Assembly (NCBI GenBank): GCA_902493595.1
Contig: CABUPU010000003.1
Span: 19,208 to 83,207, forward strand
Length of the DNA: 64,000 nucleotides
Reading direction: 5' to 3'
Source of the DNA: an uncultured Mycoplasma sp.
GTDB lineage: Bacteria; Bacillota_I; Bacilli_A; RF39; UBA660
The notes below the pieces were generated by a model. It saw only the letters and a program-made list of their open reading frames with translations, was not told the DNA's origin and searched no databases. The translations under genes and the position numbers were made by a program. Positions 9,075 to 17,586 of this stretch are shown here, one piece after another. Position 1 is the stretch's first letter. Every line of letters starts with the position of its first letter.

Positions 9075-10397
9075 ATGAAAAAATATAAAATAATTATTAT
9101 TATACTATGTTTTATAATAGTTTTAATGTGTATTGATTTTATTGCCCTATCATTTAATGGTAGTCCCATAATTAAAGTTAGAAAATACTATAATAGTGGA
9201 TATACTATTTATATAGATAAAGGATTATTTACAAACACTTATAAATGCTATGATGGCAAAACTAAAACAGTCGTAAAAAAAGTTAAATATTCATGTCCTA
9301 AAAAAGAAAGTAAAGAGGAAATAAAAGAAACTATAATAGTAACATTTGATACTAAAGGTGGAAGTAAAATTGATAATATTATTATAAACAAAAATAGTAA
9401 GTTAACTCTTCCAGAAGAACCAACCATTGAGGGATACACTTTTAAAGGTTGGGTTGATAAAATTAATACCCCTTTTTATAATAATTCAATAATAAAGGAA
9501 AACACTACACTTTATGCTACTTGGGAAAAAATGAATGATGAAATAATTGATACTGAAAATAATAATAACTCTAGTATTAATAATAATATAAATGATAAAA
9601 TCAATACTAATAAACCTAGTAATAATGATAAAATAAGCACTAATAATAATGAAACAATAATTGTACCCGAAGAAAATAAACCTGTTATAGAAAAAACTTT
9701 GGCTGAAAAAAATGATGACTTAAGAAATCAAATTCAAAATAAATATTCTATTAAAATAGCATATAAAGATGAACTTGGAAATTATACTATTAATGGATAT
9801 GGCTCAGAAAAATTAAATGATGATAATATTATAAATGAGTATCTTAATGAAATAGATAAAGCAATAAAAAAATATCCAAATAATTTTTTTAAAGAAATGA
9901 AAGATTATGGAAAGCCATTAACTATTTATTTAGTAAAAAGCATAAGTGGTAATGTATCTGGTCTTACTGATGCAAAAGATAGTAGTAACATTAAAATTAT
10001 GATAGAACCCGCACTTTTATTTGAAAATACTTTGCATCATGAAATAATGCATTATATAGATATTTATATAAAGATTAAAGGTTATCCAATTGATATAAAT
10101 AATACAATGAAAGAGGTTAATCCAAAAGATTTTACATATGGAGATACAAGTAATAATAATGTTTATTATTATAGTAATTTAAATAATGCTTATTTTATAT
10201 CTGCATATAGCAAAACAAATTATTTAGAGGATAGAGCTGTAATTTTTTCTGACTTAATGTCTAGAAGTATTACAAAAGATTATTATAATGATGGTACACC
10301 TATAAATAAAAAAGCTAAACTAATTAGTTCACAAATTAAAGAATATTTTAATATATTATCAAGTGAAAAAAGATATTACTGGGATAGATTCTTATAA
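9075..10397 (+). CDS. Membrane-anchored protein with Listeria-Bacteroides repeat, N-rich linker and C-terminal HExxH putative metallopeptidase domain
   Basis: 440 aa with an N-terminal TM helix. Repeat: IIVTFDTKGGSKIDNIIINKNSKLTLPEEPTIEGYTFKGWVDK...LYATWEK. HExxH motif: LHHEIMHYID. Confidence 0.65.
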   Translation: MKKYKIIIIILCFIIVLMCIDFIALSFNGSPIIKVRKYYNSGYTIYIDKGLFTNTYKCYDGKTKTVVKKVKYSCPKKESKEEIKETIIVTFDTKGGSKIDNIIINKNSKLTLPEEPTIEGYTFKGWVDKINTPFYNNSIIKENTTLYATWEKMNDEIIDTENNNNSSINNNINDKINTNKPSNNDKISTNNNETIIVPEENKPVIEKTLAEKNDDLRNQIQNKYSIKIAYKDELGNYTINGYGSEKLNDDNIINEYLNEIDKAIKKYPNNFFKEMKDYGKPLTIYLVKSISGNVSGLTDAKDSSNIKIMIEPALLFENTLHHEIMHYIDIYIKIKGYPIDINNTMKEVNPKDFTYGDTSNNNVYYYSNLNNAYFISAYSKTNYLEDRAVIFSDLMSRSITKDYYNDGTPINKKAKLISSQIKEYFNILSSEKRYYWDRFL

Positions 10398-10418
10398 CCA
10401 ATTTTTATATATTAAAAA

Positions 10419-10456
10419 AGATTTAACTAGCATTTATAGTTAAATCTATTTTTTTA
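10419..10456 (+). terminator. Bidirectional rho-independent terminator
   Basis: Perfect 10-bp stem agatttaact/agttaaatct (10419-10428 and 10438-10447), flanked by an A-run and a T-run. It lies between ORF 9075..10397 (+) and tRNA-Trp (-). Confidence 0.7.
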
Positions 10457-10458
10457 AT

Positions 10459-10532
10459 TGGCAGGGGCGGAGAGAATCGAACTCCCATCTAAAGTTTTGG
10501 AGACTCCTATGCTACCATTATACCACGCCCCT
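10459..10532 (-). tRNA. trnW: tRNA-Trp (anticodon CCA), CCA-3' encoded
   Basis: Reverse complement: AGGGGCGTGGTATAATGGTAGCATAGGAGTCTCCAAAACTTTAGATGGGAGTTCGATTCTCTCCGCCCCTGCCA. It has a 7-bp acceptor stem, T-arm GGGAG/TTCGATT/CTCTC and anticodon loop CTCCAAA. Confidence 0.9.
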
Positions 10533-10609
10533 ACGGCAAAAACATTATATCATAGTTAAACGCCGTAATCAAGAAAAAAATTGTGCATATAATTAAAGTG
10601 TACACCTAC

Positions 10610-10638
10610 TAGACAAAATTTTGTAGGTTTGATATAAT
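10610..10638 (+). promoter_or_regulatory. Sigma-A type promoter (TAGACA-17 nt-TGaTATAAT, extended -10)
   Basis: -35 tagaca at 10610-10615, 17-nt spacer, TG at 10630-10631, -10 tataat at 10633-10638. Predicted TSS is about 10645. Confidence 0.6.
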
Positions 10639-10644
10639 ATTTAT

Positions 10645-11110
10645 GTGGTGCATTATGCTAGTCACAATCACTATTTGAAGATGGGGCTAAAAATCCATTA
10701 ATTGATACAATTGCACTTTATATATTTGCTGCTTCTGCCCAAGTTGGGGTGAATATGTAATTTAAAATTATAGGGAAATCATAACGGCATATGACTAACC
10801 CCCTGTAGTTAAGCAAAAAAAGAAGAGTTATTCATGTCGTGCGTGGTTATTAGGGATTTAACGAATAATAATGTTGATGAAATCTTAACTGCAAAAGCGA
10901 ATAAGAATAGTTTAGATGTGTCAGGGAAAACCTCTAGCGTGTTATTTATTATAAAGATTGAAGTGCGGACTATGTGGCAATCGAGTCATTAGTTAGGCAA
11001 CTACTAATTATTTTCTTTAAAGAGAAATCGCCTAAGGGTAACCAAGGGAGAGAAAATAGAGAAATTCAACTCGACCAAAGCCGTAAGATTAATTTATAAT
11101 AAACCATAAC
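10645..11110 (+). ncRNA. Candidate large structured ncRNA, OLE-class suggested by synteny (ends approximate)
   Basis: About 580 nt have no ORF of 60 aa or more in any frame. G/C-rich blocks stand out from the AT-rich surroundings (GGGGCT, CTGCCCAAGTTGGGGTG, ACCCCCTG, GTCGTGCGTGG, GTGCGGACTATGTGGCAATCGAG, CGCCTAAGGGTAACCAAGGGAGAG). Local hairpins are present (TTAGT-N9-ACTAA, TTTCT..AGAGAAA). There is a strong promoter upstream and no terminator before the co-oriented 4-TM gene. Confidence 0.45.
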
Positions 11111-11138
11111 ATTTTTAATAACTTTATAGGAGGGTTAT

Positions 11139-11654
11139 ATGAAAAAAAATAACTGGGTATATAAAGTTTTTTTATGGACTTTTATATTATCCACCATCTT
11201 CAGTTTCTCAACAAATTATTTATCAAGTCATGCTAGCATAGTGGTAATGATACTTATAATATTACTCGTTATAGCAATTGGTATAATCTTTGATATGATT
11301 GGAGCAAGCAGTCTTACAAGTAAAGAATCAACATTTCACTCAATGAATGCTAAAAAAATTAAAGGTGCTAAAGAAACAATTAAACTTATTAAAAACAATG
11401 TTAAAATATCTAGTATATGTAATGATATTGTTGGAGATATATGTGGAATTGTTTCTGGAGGACTTGGTGCTGTACTTGCTATATCAATAGCAAACATAAC
11501 TAAAGTTAATATATCTTTAATAAGTGTAATAACTGCAGCTTTAATTTCTTCGCTTACTATTGGAGGAAAAGCAATATTTAAAACAGTTGCTATTAAAAAT
11601 AGTGATAAAATAATTTTTAGTGTTGGAAAATTGTTAAGTTTTTTTAAGAAATAA
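11139..11654 (+). CDS. Small 4-TM membrane protein, DUF21/CNNM-TM-like; OapA-like by context
   Basis: 171 aa. The segment SLTSKESTFHSMNAKKIKGAKETIKLIKNNVKISSICNDIVGDICGIVSG resembles the DUF21 (CorB/CNNM TM domain) pattern. RBS AGGAGGG is upstream. Confidence 0.6.
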   Translation: MKKNNWVYKVFLWTFILSTIFSFSTNYLSSHASIVVMILIILLVIAIGIIFDMIGASSLTSKESTFHSMNAKKIKGAKETIKLIKNNVKISSICNDIVGDICGIVSGGLGAVLAISIANITKVNISLISVITAALISSLTIGGKAIFKTVAIKNSDKIIFSVGKLLSFFKK

Positions 11655-11694
11655 CAATTTTCTTTTTTTATGCATATATTATAGCGGTGATATA

Positions 11695-12117
11695 ATGATT
11701 GTTTCATATAATTCAAAAGAACTTGATTTACTTGCAAGAATAATGCGTGCGGAAGCCTTAAACGAAGGAGAACTAGGAATGCTAATGGTTGGAAATGTTG
11801 TAGTAAATAGAGTGTTAGCAAATTGTTTAACTTTTAAAAATATTAATAGTGTTTATAATGCAATTTATCAAAAAAATCAATTTGTAGGAACTACAAGTTC
11901 TTTATTCGAAGCAGCCGCGACTACAATGGAAAAAAATTTAGCAAAAAGGATTTTAGATGGAGAATATTATTACCCAGCAACAAATGCATTATGGTTTTAT
12001 GCTCCGAAAAAAGGTGATTCTTGTAAAAATACTTGGTATACTCAAAAGTTATCTGGAAGATATAAAAACCATTGTTTCTATAAACCAGATCCTGGAGTAT
12101 GTAAAGAAATACATTAA
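11695..12117 (+). CDS. cwlJ: Spore cortex-lytic cell wall hydrolase, CwlJ/SleB (Hydrolase_2) family
   Basis: 140 aa: LLARIMRAEALNEGELGMLMVGNVVVNRV...NQFVGT...ALWFYAP. Size and motifs are typical of CwlJ. Confidence 0.8.
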   Translation: MIVSYNSKELDLLARIMRAEALNEGELGMLMVGNVVVNRVLANCLTFKNINSVYNAIYQKNQFVGTTSSLFEAAATTMEKNLAKRILDGEYYYPATNALWFYAPKKGDSCKNTWYTQKLSGRYKNHCFYKPDPGVCKEIH

Positions 12118-12129
12118 AAAAAGGCTAGC

Positions 12130-14226
12130 TTAACTAACCTTTAATTCATTATTGACATAATCAACATTAACTATCGTATTAGGTTTGATTTCATTATTTA
12201 TAAGTTTTTTAGCAATTAATGTTTCTAGTTTATTATTAACAAGTCTTTTAAGTGGTCTTGCTCCATAATATTCATCATAACCATTATCAATAAAATAATT
12301 TTTAGCATTATCAGTAAGATTAATTTTTACATTAATATCAATTAATCTTTTTTCAATTTCTTCGATAATTTTATCAAGGATTTCTTTTAAATCGGTTTTT
12401 GATAATTTATTGAAAATTATTATTTCATCAAGTCTATTTAAAAATTCCGGTTTAAAATATTTTGGAAGTTCAGAGGTAACTTTATCTTCTTCACCATTGA
12501 TTATATATTCACTTCCAACATTTGATGTCATTATAATTATTGTATTTTTGAAATCCACTGTACGACCGTTAGAATCAGTAAGTCTTCCTTCATCAAGAAT
12601 TTGTAATAATAAGTTAAGTACATCTGGATGTGCTTTTTCTATTTCATCAAAAAGTACAATTGAATATGGATTTCTTCTTACTTTTTCTGTAAGTTGTCCT
12701 CCTTCTTCATAACCAACATAACCTGGTGCTGCACCAATAAGTCTAGATACTGAATATTTTTCCATATACTCACTCATATCTATTCTTACCATATGATGTT
12801 CATCATCAAATAGTTCATAAGCAAGACTTCTTGCAACCTCTGTTTTACCTACTCCTGTTGGACCTAAAAACATAAATGAGCCAATTGGTCTATTAGGATC
12901 TTTGATACCACTTCTTGAACGAATAATTGCATCGGATACAAGTTTTAAAGCCTTATCTTGTCCTTTAACTCTTTTTCTTAAATTATCCTCAAGATTAAGA
13001 ATCTTTTCTTTTTCACTACTCATAAGTTTAGATATTGGAATATTTGTCCACTTACTTATAACATTTGCTATATCTTCATTTGTAACAGTATCTGAAAGTA
13101 TTCCTTCATTACCTTTTTTAGAAAGTTCATCAAGCTTATTTCTAAGTTCTGGAAGTATTCCATTTTTTATCCTTGCGGCAGTTTCTAAATCATAATTATT
13201 CTCTGCTTGTTCTAGTTCAAATGTAAATTTAGATACATCGGATTTAACTTTTTTGATATCTTCATTAATAGATTTTTCTTCTTTCCATTTAGTACTTAAC
13301 TCTTGTTCTTTACCTTTTAAATCATAAAGCTGTTCATCAATCTTTTCAAGTCTTTTTATAGAAAGTTCATCTTTCTCTTTTTTTAATGCTTCTTTTTCAA
13401 CTTGTAATGTTAATATTTTTCTAGTTATTTCATCAAGAGCTGTTGGAACGCTGTCCATTTGTACTCTTATTGTAGCGCACGCTTCATCAACAAGGTCTAT
13501 TGCTTTATCAGGTAAAAATCTATCTGTAATATACCTATTAGATAAAGTTGCCGCACTAACTAAAGCTTTATCTTGAATTGTAACTCCGTGATATATTTCA
13601 AATCTCTCTTTTAAACCACGAAGAATTGTAATTGTGTCCTCAACTGTTGGTTCGCAAACTGTTACTTTTTGAAATCTTCTTTCAAGTGCACCATCTTTTT
13701 CAATATACATACGATATTCGTTTAAGGTAGTAGCACCAATAACATGTATCTCTCCACGTGCAAGCATTGGTTTTAGAATATTTCCTGTATCCATTGCACC
13801 TTCAGTTGCACCTGTTCCAACAATTAAATGAATTTCATCAATAAACATTATTAAATTGCCTTCACTTTTCTTAACTTCATCTAAAACCTTTTTAAGCCTT
13901 TCCTCAAATTCACCACGATATTTTGCACCTGCGATAAGTGAAGCCATATTAAGTTCCCAAATTGTTTTATTTTTAAGACTTTCTGGAACATCACCTTTAA
14001 CAATTCTTTGAGCAAGTCCTTCAACTATTGCAGTCTTACCTACACCAGGTTCACCAATTAAAACTGGATTGTTTTTAGTTTTTCTAGAAAGTATTCTAGT
14101 TATACTTCTTATTTCTTCATCACGGCCTATAATTGGATCAATTTTACGATTTTTTACATCGTCATTTATATTACGTCCATATTTTTCAAGAACGTTTTCA
14201 TTTTCTTCATTATTTTGATTAAACAT
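12130..14226 (-). CDS. clpB: ClpB-type AAA+ disaggregase lacking the N-terminal domain
   Basis: 698 aa. It starts directly at [54 protein letters not shown]. It has two Walker A boxes ([16 protein letters not shown]) and a long coiled-coil M-domain between NBD1 and NBD2. Confidence 0.9.
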   Translation of the reverse strand: MFNQNNEENENVLEKYGRNINDDVKNRKIDPIIGRDEEIRSITRILSRKTKNNPVLIGEPGVGKTAIVEGLAQRIVKGDVPESLKNKTIWELNMASLIAGAKYRGEFEERLKKVLDEVKKSEGNLIMFIDEIHLIVGTGATEGAMDTGNILKPMLARGEIHVIGATTLNEYRMYIEKDGALERRFQKVTVCEPTVEDTITILRGLKERFEIYHGVTIQDKALVSAATLSNRYITDRFLPDKAIDLVDEACATIRVQMDSVPTALDEITRKILTLQVEKEALKKEKDELSIKRLEKIDEQLYDLKGKEQELSTKWKEEKSINEDIKKVKSDVSKFTFELEQAENNYDLETAARIKNGILPELRNKLDELSKKGNEGILSDTVTNEDIANVISKWTNIPISKLMSSEKEKILNLEDNLRKRVKGQDKALKLVSDAIIRSRSGIKDPNRPIGSFMFLGPTGVGKTEVARSLAYELFDDEHHMVRIDMSEYMEKYSVSRLIGAAPGYVGYEEGGQLTEKVRRNPYSIVLFDEIEKAHPDVLNLLLQILDEGRLTDSNGRTVDFKNTIIIMTSNVGSEYIINGEEDKVTSELPKYFKPEFLNRLDEIIIFNKLSKTDLKEILDKIIEEIEKRLIDINVKINLTDNAKNYFIDNGYDEYYGARPLKRLVNNKLETLIAKKLINNEIKPNTIVNVDYVNNELKVS

Positions 14227-14268
14227 AATTCATTCCTCCTTTTTACGTATATTATTATACTAAAAATA

Positions 14269-14295
14269 TTGGCACTTGTCAATGTGTAGTGCTAA
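14269..14295. promoter_or_regulatory. CIRCE-like HrcA operator upstream of clpB
   Basis: TTGGCACTT-N9-TAGTGCTAA against the consensus TTAGCACTC-N9-GAGTGCTAA (3 mismatches). It lies 43 nt upstream of the clpB start. Confidence 0.65.
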
Positions 14296-14339
14296 TTATA
14301 TTATATAAAAATTATAAAAAAATATGAATTTATTTAAAC

Positions 14340-15110
14340 TCATATTTTTAACTTTTGACCTATTTGTAAAACATTTGTAGAAAGATTATTATTCTTTTTA
14401 ATACTATCAACTGTAGTATCATATTTTCTTGCTATAGACCACAGTGAATCACCTTTTTGAACTGTATATATTACCTGAGACGATGGAACAATTAACTCCT
14501 GATCTATACTTAAAATATTGCTTTTTAAATTATTTAAGGATTTTAAATTATCTACTGTTGTTTCGTACATATTTGCAATTTTATATAATGTGTCGCCTTT
14601 TTGAACTTTATAAATATTTTGATTATCCGGATTAACACTACTACCCTTTATTTTTAATCTTTGACCAATTGATAATAAATTTGATTTTAAGTTATTAATA
14701 GATTTAAGTTCATTAACTGTCATATTATATTTTTTTGCTATACTCCATAGAGAATCGCCTTTTTGAACTATATAATAATCATTTTCTTCATTTGAACCCT
14801 TTAATGAATAAGGAACTCCAATATAATTTGCAAGAGCCTTAACAACTGCTTCAGCTAAATCCTCCCAATTATTTTTTATAAGATTTACATCATCACCAGT
14901 ACTATCTAAAAATCCATACTCTACAATTAAAGTTTCATTATTTGGTGTATCTCTAAGTAAATAATAATAATCTTTTGACGGATTACTTGGAAGTCTGCGT
15001 TGATAATATTTTCTAACATTTTGTCCTGATGCCTCAAGTTCTTTTGCAATTAGTTTAGATAACGCATCGCTATTACGAAGTGCATATATTACTTCTGCAC
15101 CATCACCACC
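14340..15110 (-). pseudogene. 3' segment of split N-acetylmuramoyl-L-alanine amidase (Amidase_3 C-half + 3 LysM repeats); no start codon of its own
   Basis: The minus frame is open from 15137: ..YDFGGGDGAEVIYALRNSDALSKLIAKELEASGQNVRKYYQRRLPSNPSKDYYYLLRDTPNNETLIVEYGFLDS..., followed by three YxVQKGDSLWSIAxKY LysM units. The ORF track reports only the part from the internal Met (14340..14723). Confidence 0.85.
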
Positions 15111-15121
15111 CCCGAAGTCGT

Positions 15122-15133
15122 AGAATGTAGGCA
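15122..15133. repeat. Element-side att arm (AGAATGTAGGCA), inverted copy of 24666..24677
   Basis: Perfect 12-bp inverted repeat, 11 nt from the proposed crossover cc at 15109-15110. An additional symmetric CGAA lies at 15113-15116. Confidence 0.75.
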
Positions 15134-15149
15134 GGTATTAATTAATCTT

Positions 15150-16724
15150 TTATTTATTAAAATTATATATTATTTCTACATTTTTATCTTTATCAACAAT
15201 TATTTTATCTACTAGTATAAATAATAATTCTCTAGTAGGTTTTTTCATACTAATTAATTCTTTTATTTTTTGTTTTATTTCTTCATCATTATGTTTTTTA
15301 GGAACTTCATTAATAGAATTTTCTAATTCTTTTATTCTAGAGTTGTATGTTCTTATTAGATTTTCTGTGTTAGAAGATAATCTTGTATAAGTATCAACTG
15401 AGATTATCCCATTATATTTATCTTCATATAATGCATCTATTTTTAGCCCCAGTTCTTTGATATTATTTTCTAGTTTTTGTTTTTCTATAATCAAATTTTC
15501 CTTGTTATCCTTCTCACTTTTCACATTAGATACTAAACTATCAATATCAACTTTTTCTATATACTTTTTACAAGTTTTTTTAATTTGATTTAAAACTGCC
15601 TTTTCAAAACTATTATACTCTGAAAAGTGTGGTTCACATAATCTTTGTCTTGGACTTCTAGAATATTTGTTGCAATTTATAGACCAGTAATTGCGTTTTT
15701 CTCTATAACTAACCGTTAGCTTATTACCACACTCTTTGCAATAAAGTAAGCCCTCTAATAACCTCTGTGGACGGTTTAATTTTACTGTTCTAGTTCTGTT
15801 AGCACTTGTTTGTATTTGATTAAATACTGCTCTATCTACTAATGGTTCGTGGGTATTTTCTACAATTATCCAATACTCACTAGAAAGACATATTCTCTTT
15901 TGTGACTTATAGTTTAATTTTGTCTGAACATTTTGAATCATATCACCAGTATACATTCTATTCTTTAATATTTTATTAATCGTACTACAAGTCCAGATGT
16001 ATCCATTTATTTGTCTTTTTGATTTTTTTATTTGTTTATATGCACTTGGTGTTGGAATATTTTCATTATTTAATCTTTCAATTATATCTGATATTTTATC
16101 TCCTTTTGATACTTCATTAAATATTCTTTTTACTATCCATGCTGTATCTGGGTTTGGCACTAGATGTCCTTTATCAAGTGGATCTCTCATATACCCAAAA
16201 CTTGGTTTGCTACCTATAAACTTACCTTTCACTTTTTTATCTCTTAATATTGATTTTATTTTCTTTGATGTATCTTTACTAGTCATATCATTAAATAAAG
16301 CTTTAAAAGGTGCTATATCATTATTTGCAGAATCTAGAAAGGTATCTACATTATCTAGTATAGATATATATCTAACTTTCTTTAATGGAAAGTATTGTTC
16401 TATATAATAACCACACTTAATATAATCTCTACCTAATCTTGATAAATCTTTAGTTATGACACAATTTATTTTTCCATTTTCTATGTCTTCAAGTAATCTT
16501 TTAAATGCTGGTCTATCAAAGTTAGTCCCTGAATATCCATCATCAACATACTCATCAGTTAAAACAAATCCATTATCCCTTAAATAATTCATAATCAAAC
16601 TTCTTTGATTTAGTACACTCTCACTTTCAGACTCTCTTTTATGTGCTTTATCCTCATCCTCTTGCGATAATCTTATGTATATTCCTACATTATAAAATGA
16701 TGGTGGTTTTACTGTGCTATACAT
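15150..16724 (-). CDS. Large serine recombinase (SpoIVCA/SprA/TnpX class)
   Basis: 524 aa with a resolvase catalytic domain (VGIYIRLSQEDE...DGYSGTNFDRPAFKRLL...ITKDLSRLGRD), a recombinase domain, a zinc ribbon (CKECGNKL...C..C) and a C-terminal coiled coil. Confidence 0.9.
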   Translation of the reverse strand: MYSTVKPPSFYNVGIYIRLSQEDEDKAHKRESESESVLNQRSLIMNYLRDNGFVLTDEYVDDGYSGTNFDRPAFKRLLEDIENGKINCVITKDLSRLGRDYIKCGYYIEQYFPLKKVRYISILDNVDTFLDSANNDIAPFKALFNDMTSKDTSKKIKSILRDKKVKGKFIGSKPSFGYMRDPLDKGHLVPNPDTAWIVKRIFNEVSKGDKISDIIERLNNENIPTPSAYKQIKKSKRQINGYIWTCSTINKILKNRMYTGDMIQNVQTKLNYKSQKRICLSSEYWIIVENTHEPLVDRAVFNQIQTSANRTRTVKLNRPQRLLEGLLYCKECGNKLTVSYREKRNYWSINCNKYSRSPRQRLCEPHFSEYNSFEKAVLNQIKKTCKKYIEKVDIDSLVSNVKSEKDNKENLIIEKQKLENNIKELGLKIDALYEDKYNGIISVDTYTRLSSNTENLIRTYNSRIKELENSINEVPKKHNDEEIKQKIKELISMKKPTRELLFILVDKIIVDKDKNVEIIYNFNK

Positions 16725-16902
16725 TATTCTCCTTTCTTTTGCATAGCATCTTGTTTGCCGATTCCATTATAACTCTCTTACCATCATTTGTGTCATTTAT
16801 TTTATTATTTTCATCTTTATATTTAAGTATTAAACATACATATTCTTGTAATAAAGTCGATATATCTTTACCATCATTTTTGAATGTTTCAGTTATTATC
16901 AT
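16717..16902 (-). CDS. Hypothetical 61-aa protein overlapping the recombinase start by 8 nt
   Basis: AAGGGG lies about 10 nt upstream of the ATG. Translationally coupled to the recombinase gene. No recognisable family. Confidence 0.35.
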   Translation of the reverse strand: MIITETFKNDGKDISTLLQEYVCLILKYKDENNKINDTNDGKRVIMESANKMLCKRKENNV

Positions 16903-17408
16903 ACCAACCTACCCCTTTTGGTTTCATACTTAAATATATTCCTAAAACTTAAATTTATATTACTTCTACATCTTATAAATCACTCCTCCTTAATAAATTT
17001 TTTTATTGTTTTTATATAAAATTGAGTACATAACTTATGACTTTAATTCTCTAATTTTCTAAATATTCCGCGTGTTTATTTTTAGCAGGATAAGGATGGC
17101 TGACAAACAACTTCCCAGTGGGGAGTTTAGCCCTATTTTAAAGGGATTGTGAAAGACTACTTTGTCATACATTAAAATAAATGTCATACTATTGTGTTAA
17201 CTAAAAATAGCAAATTTTGCATCAAAAATAGCAGTTAGGCACACAAATGTTATACAAATATCATACTTTTGGATTAACAAAATTGCTAATTATGAACCTC
17301 TTTTTACACATAAACCAACTTTTTTAGGTACCTTAATTATTTTTCTTTTTATAATTTCTTGGTACCGACTTTTTTGTTTGTATAATTTTAGATAATAATT
17401 CCTCCTTA

Positions 17409-17448
17409 CAAAAAAAATACTATACTCATAAACTGAATATAGTATTTT
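17409..17448 (-). terminator. Rho-independent terminator of the RM operon (bidirectional shape)
   Basis: Perfect 9-bp stem aatactata/tatagtatt (17416-17424 and 17438-17446). On the minus strand it is followed by T8. Confidence 0.7.
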
Positions 17449-17586
17449 AGCATCTAATAGTTCATCTCTTAGAACTATTGCTATATTATAATCATTATAT
17501 CGTAAATAAATTAAAAGTCAATGTCAAAAAAGAGAACATTATTATGTAAATTAAAATGACAATATAAGAAAAATAAAATTTAAAAT

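Noticed and set aside
10560-11138. RNase P RNA, tmRNA, T-box leader, M-box or group II intron as the identity of the large noncoding region
   Set aside because: There is no GAGGAAAGUCC / ACAGAA..GGCUUA P4 pair. There is no tRNA-like GGGG...UCCACCA ends or plausible tag ORF. There is no T-box GGUGGUACCGCG and no domain V hairpin. The region is also far longer than known riboswitches.
11336-11821. 161-aa minus-strand ORF overlapping the oapA-like and cwlJ-like genes
   Set aside because: It is fully antisense to two plus-strand genes with recognisable families, and its composition is a low-complexity Leu/Ile shadow.
12410-13195. Plus-strand ORFs of 100 aa and 97 aa inside clpB. Similar antisense ORFs occur in secY/rplO, rplF, rplD, ychF, abgT, parAB, pgk, ttcA (25024..25305) and the recombinase gene (15997..16407, 16643..16933)
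   Set aside because: All lie antisense to highly conserved genes. These are typical Ser/Leu/Phe-rich shadow frames.
17091-17147. 18-codon ORF MADKQLPSGEFSPILKGL in the gene-free part of the element
   Set aside because: It has no convincing RBS spacing and coincides with a G/C-rich hairpin. It is more likely RNA/DNA structure than coding sequence.
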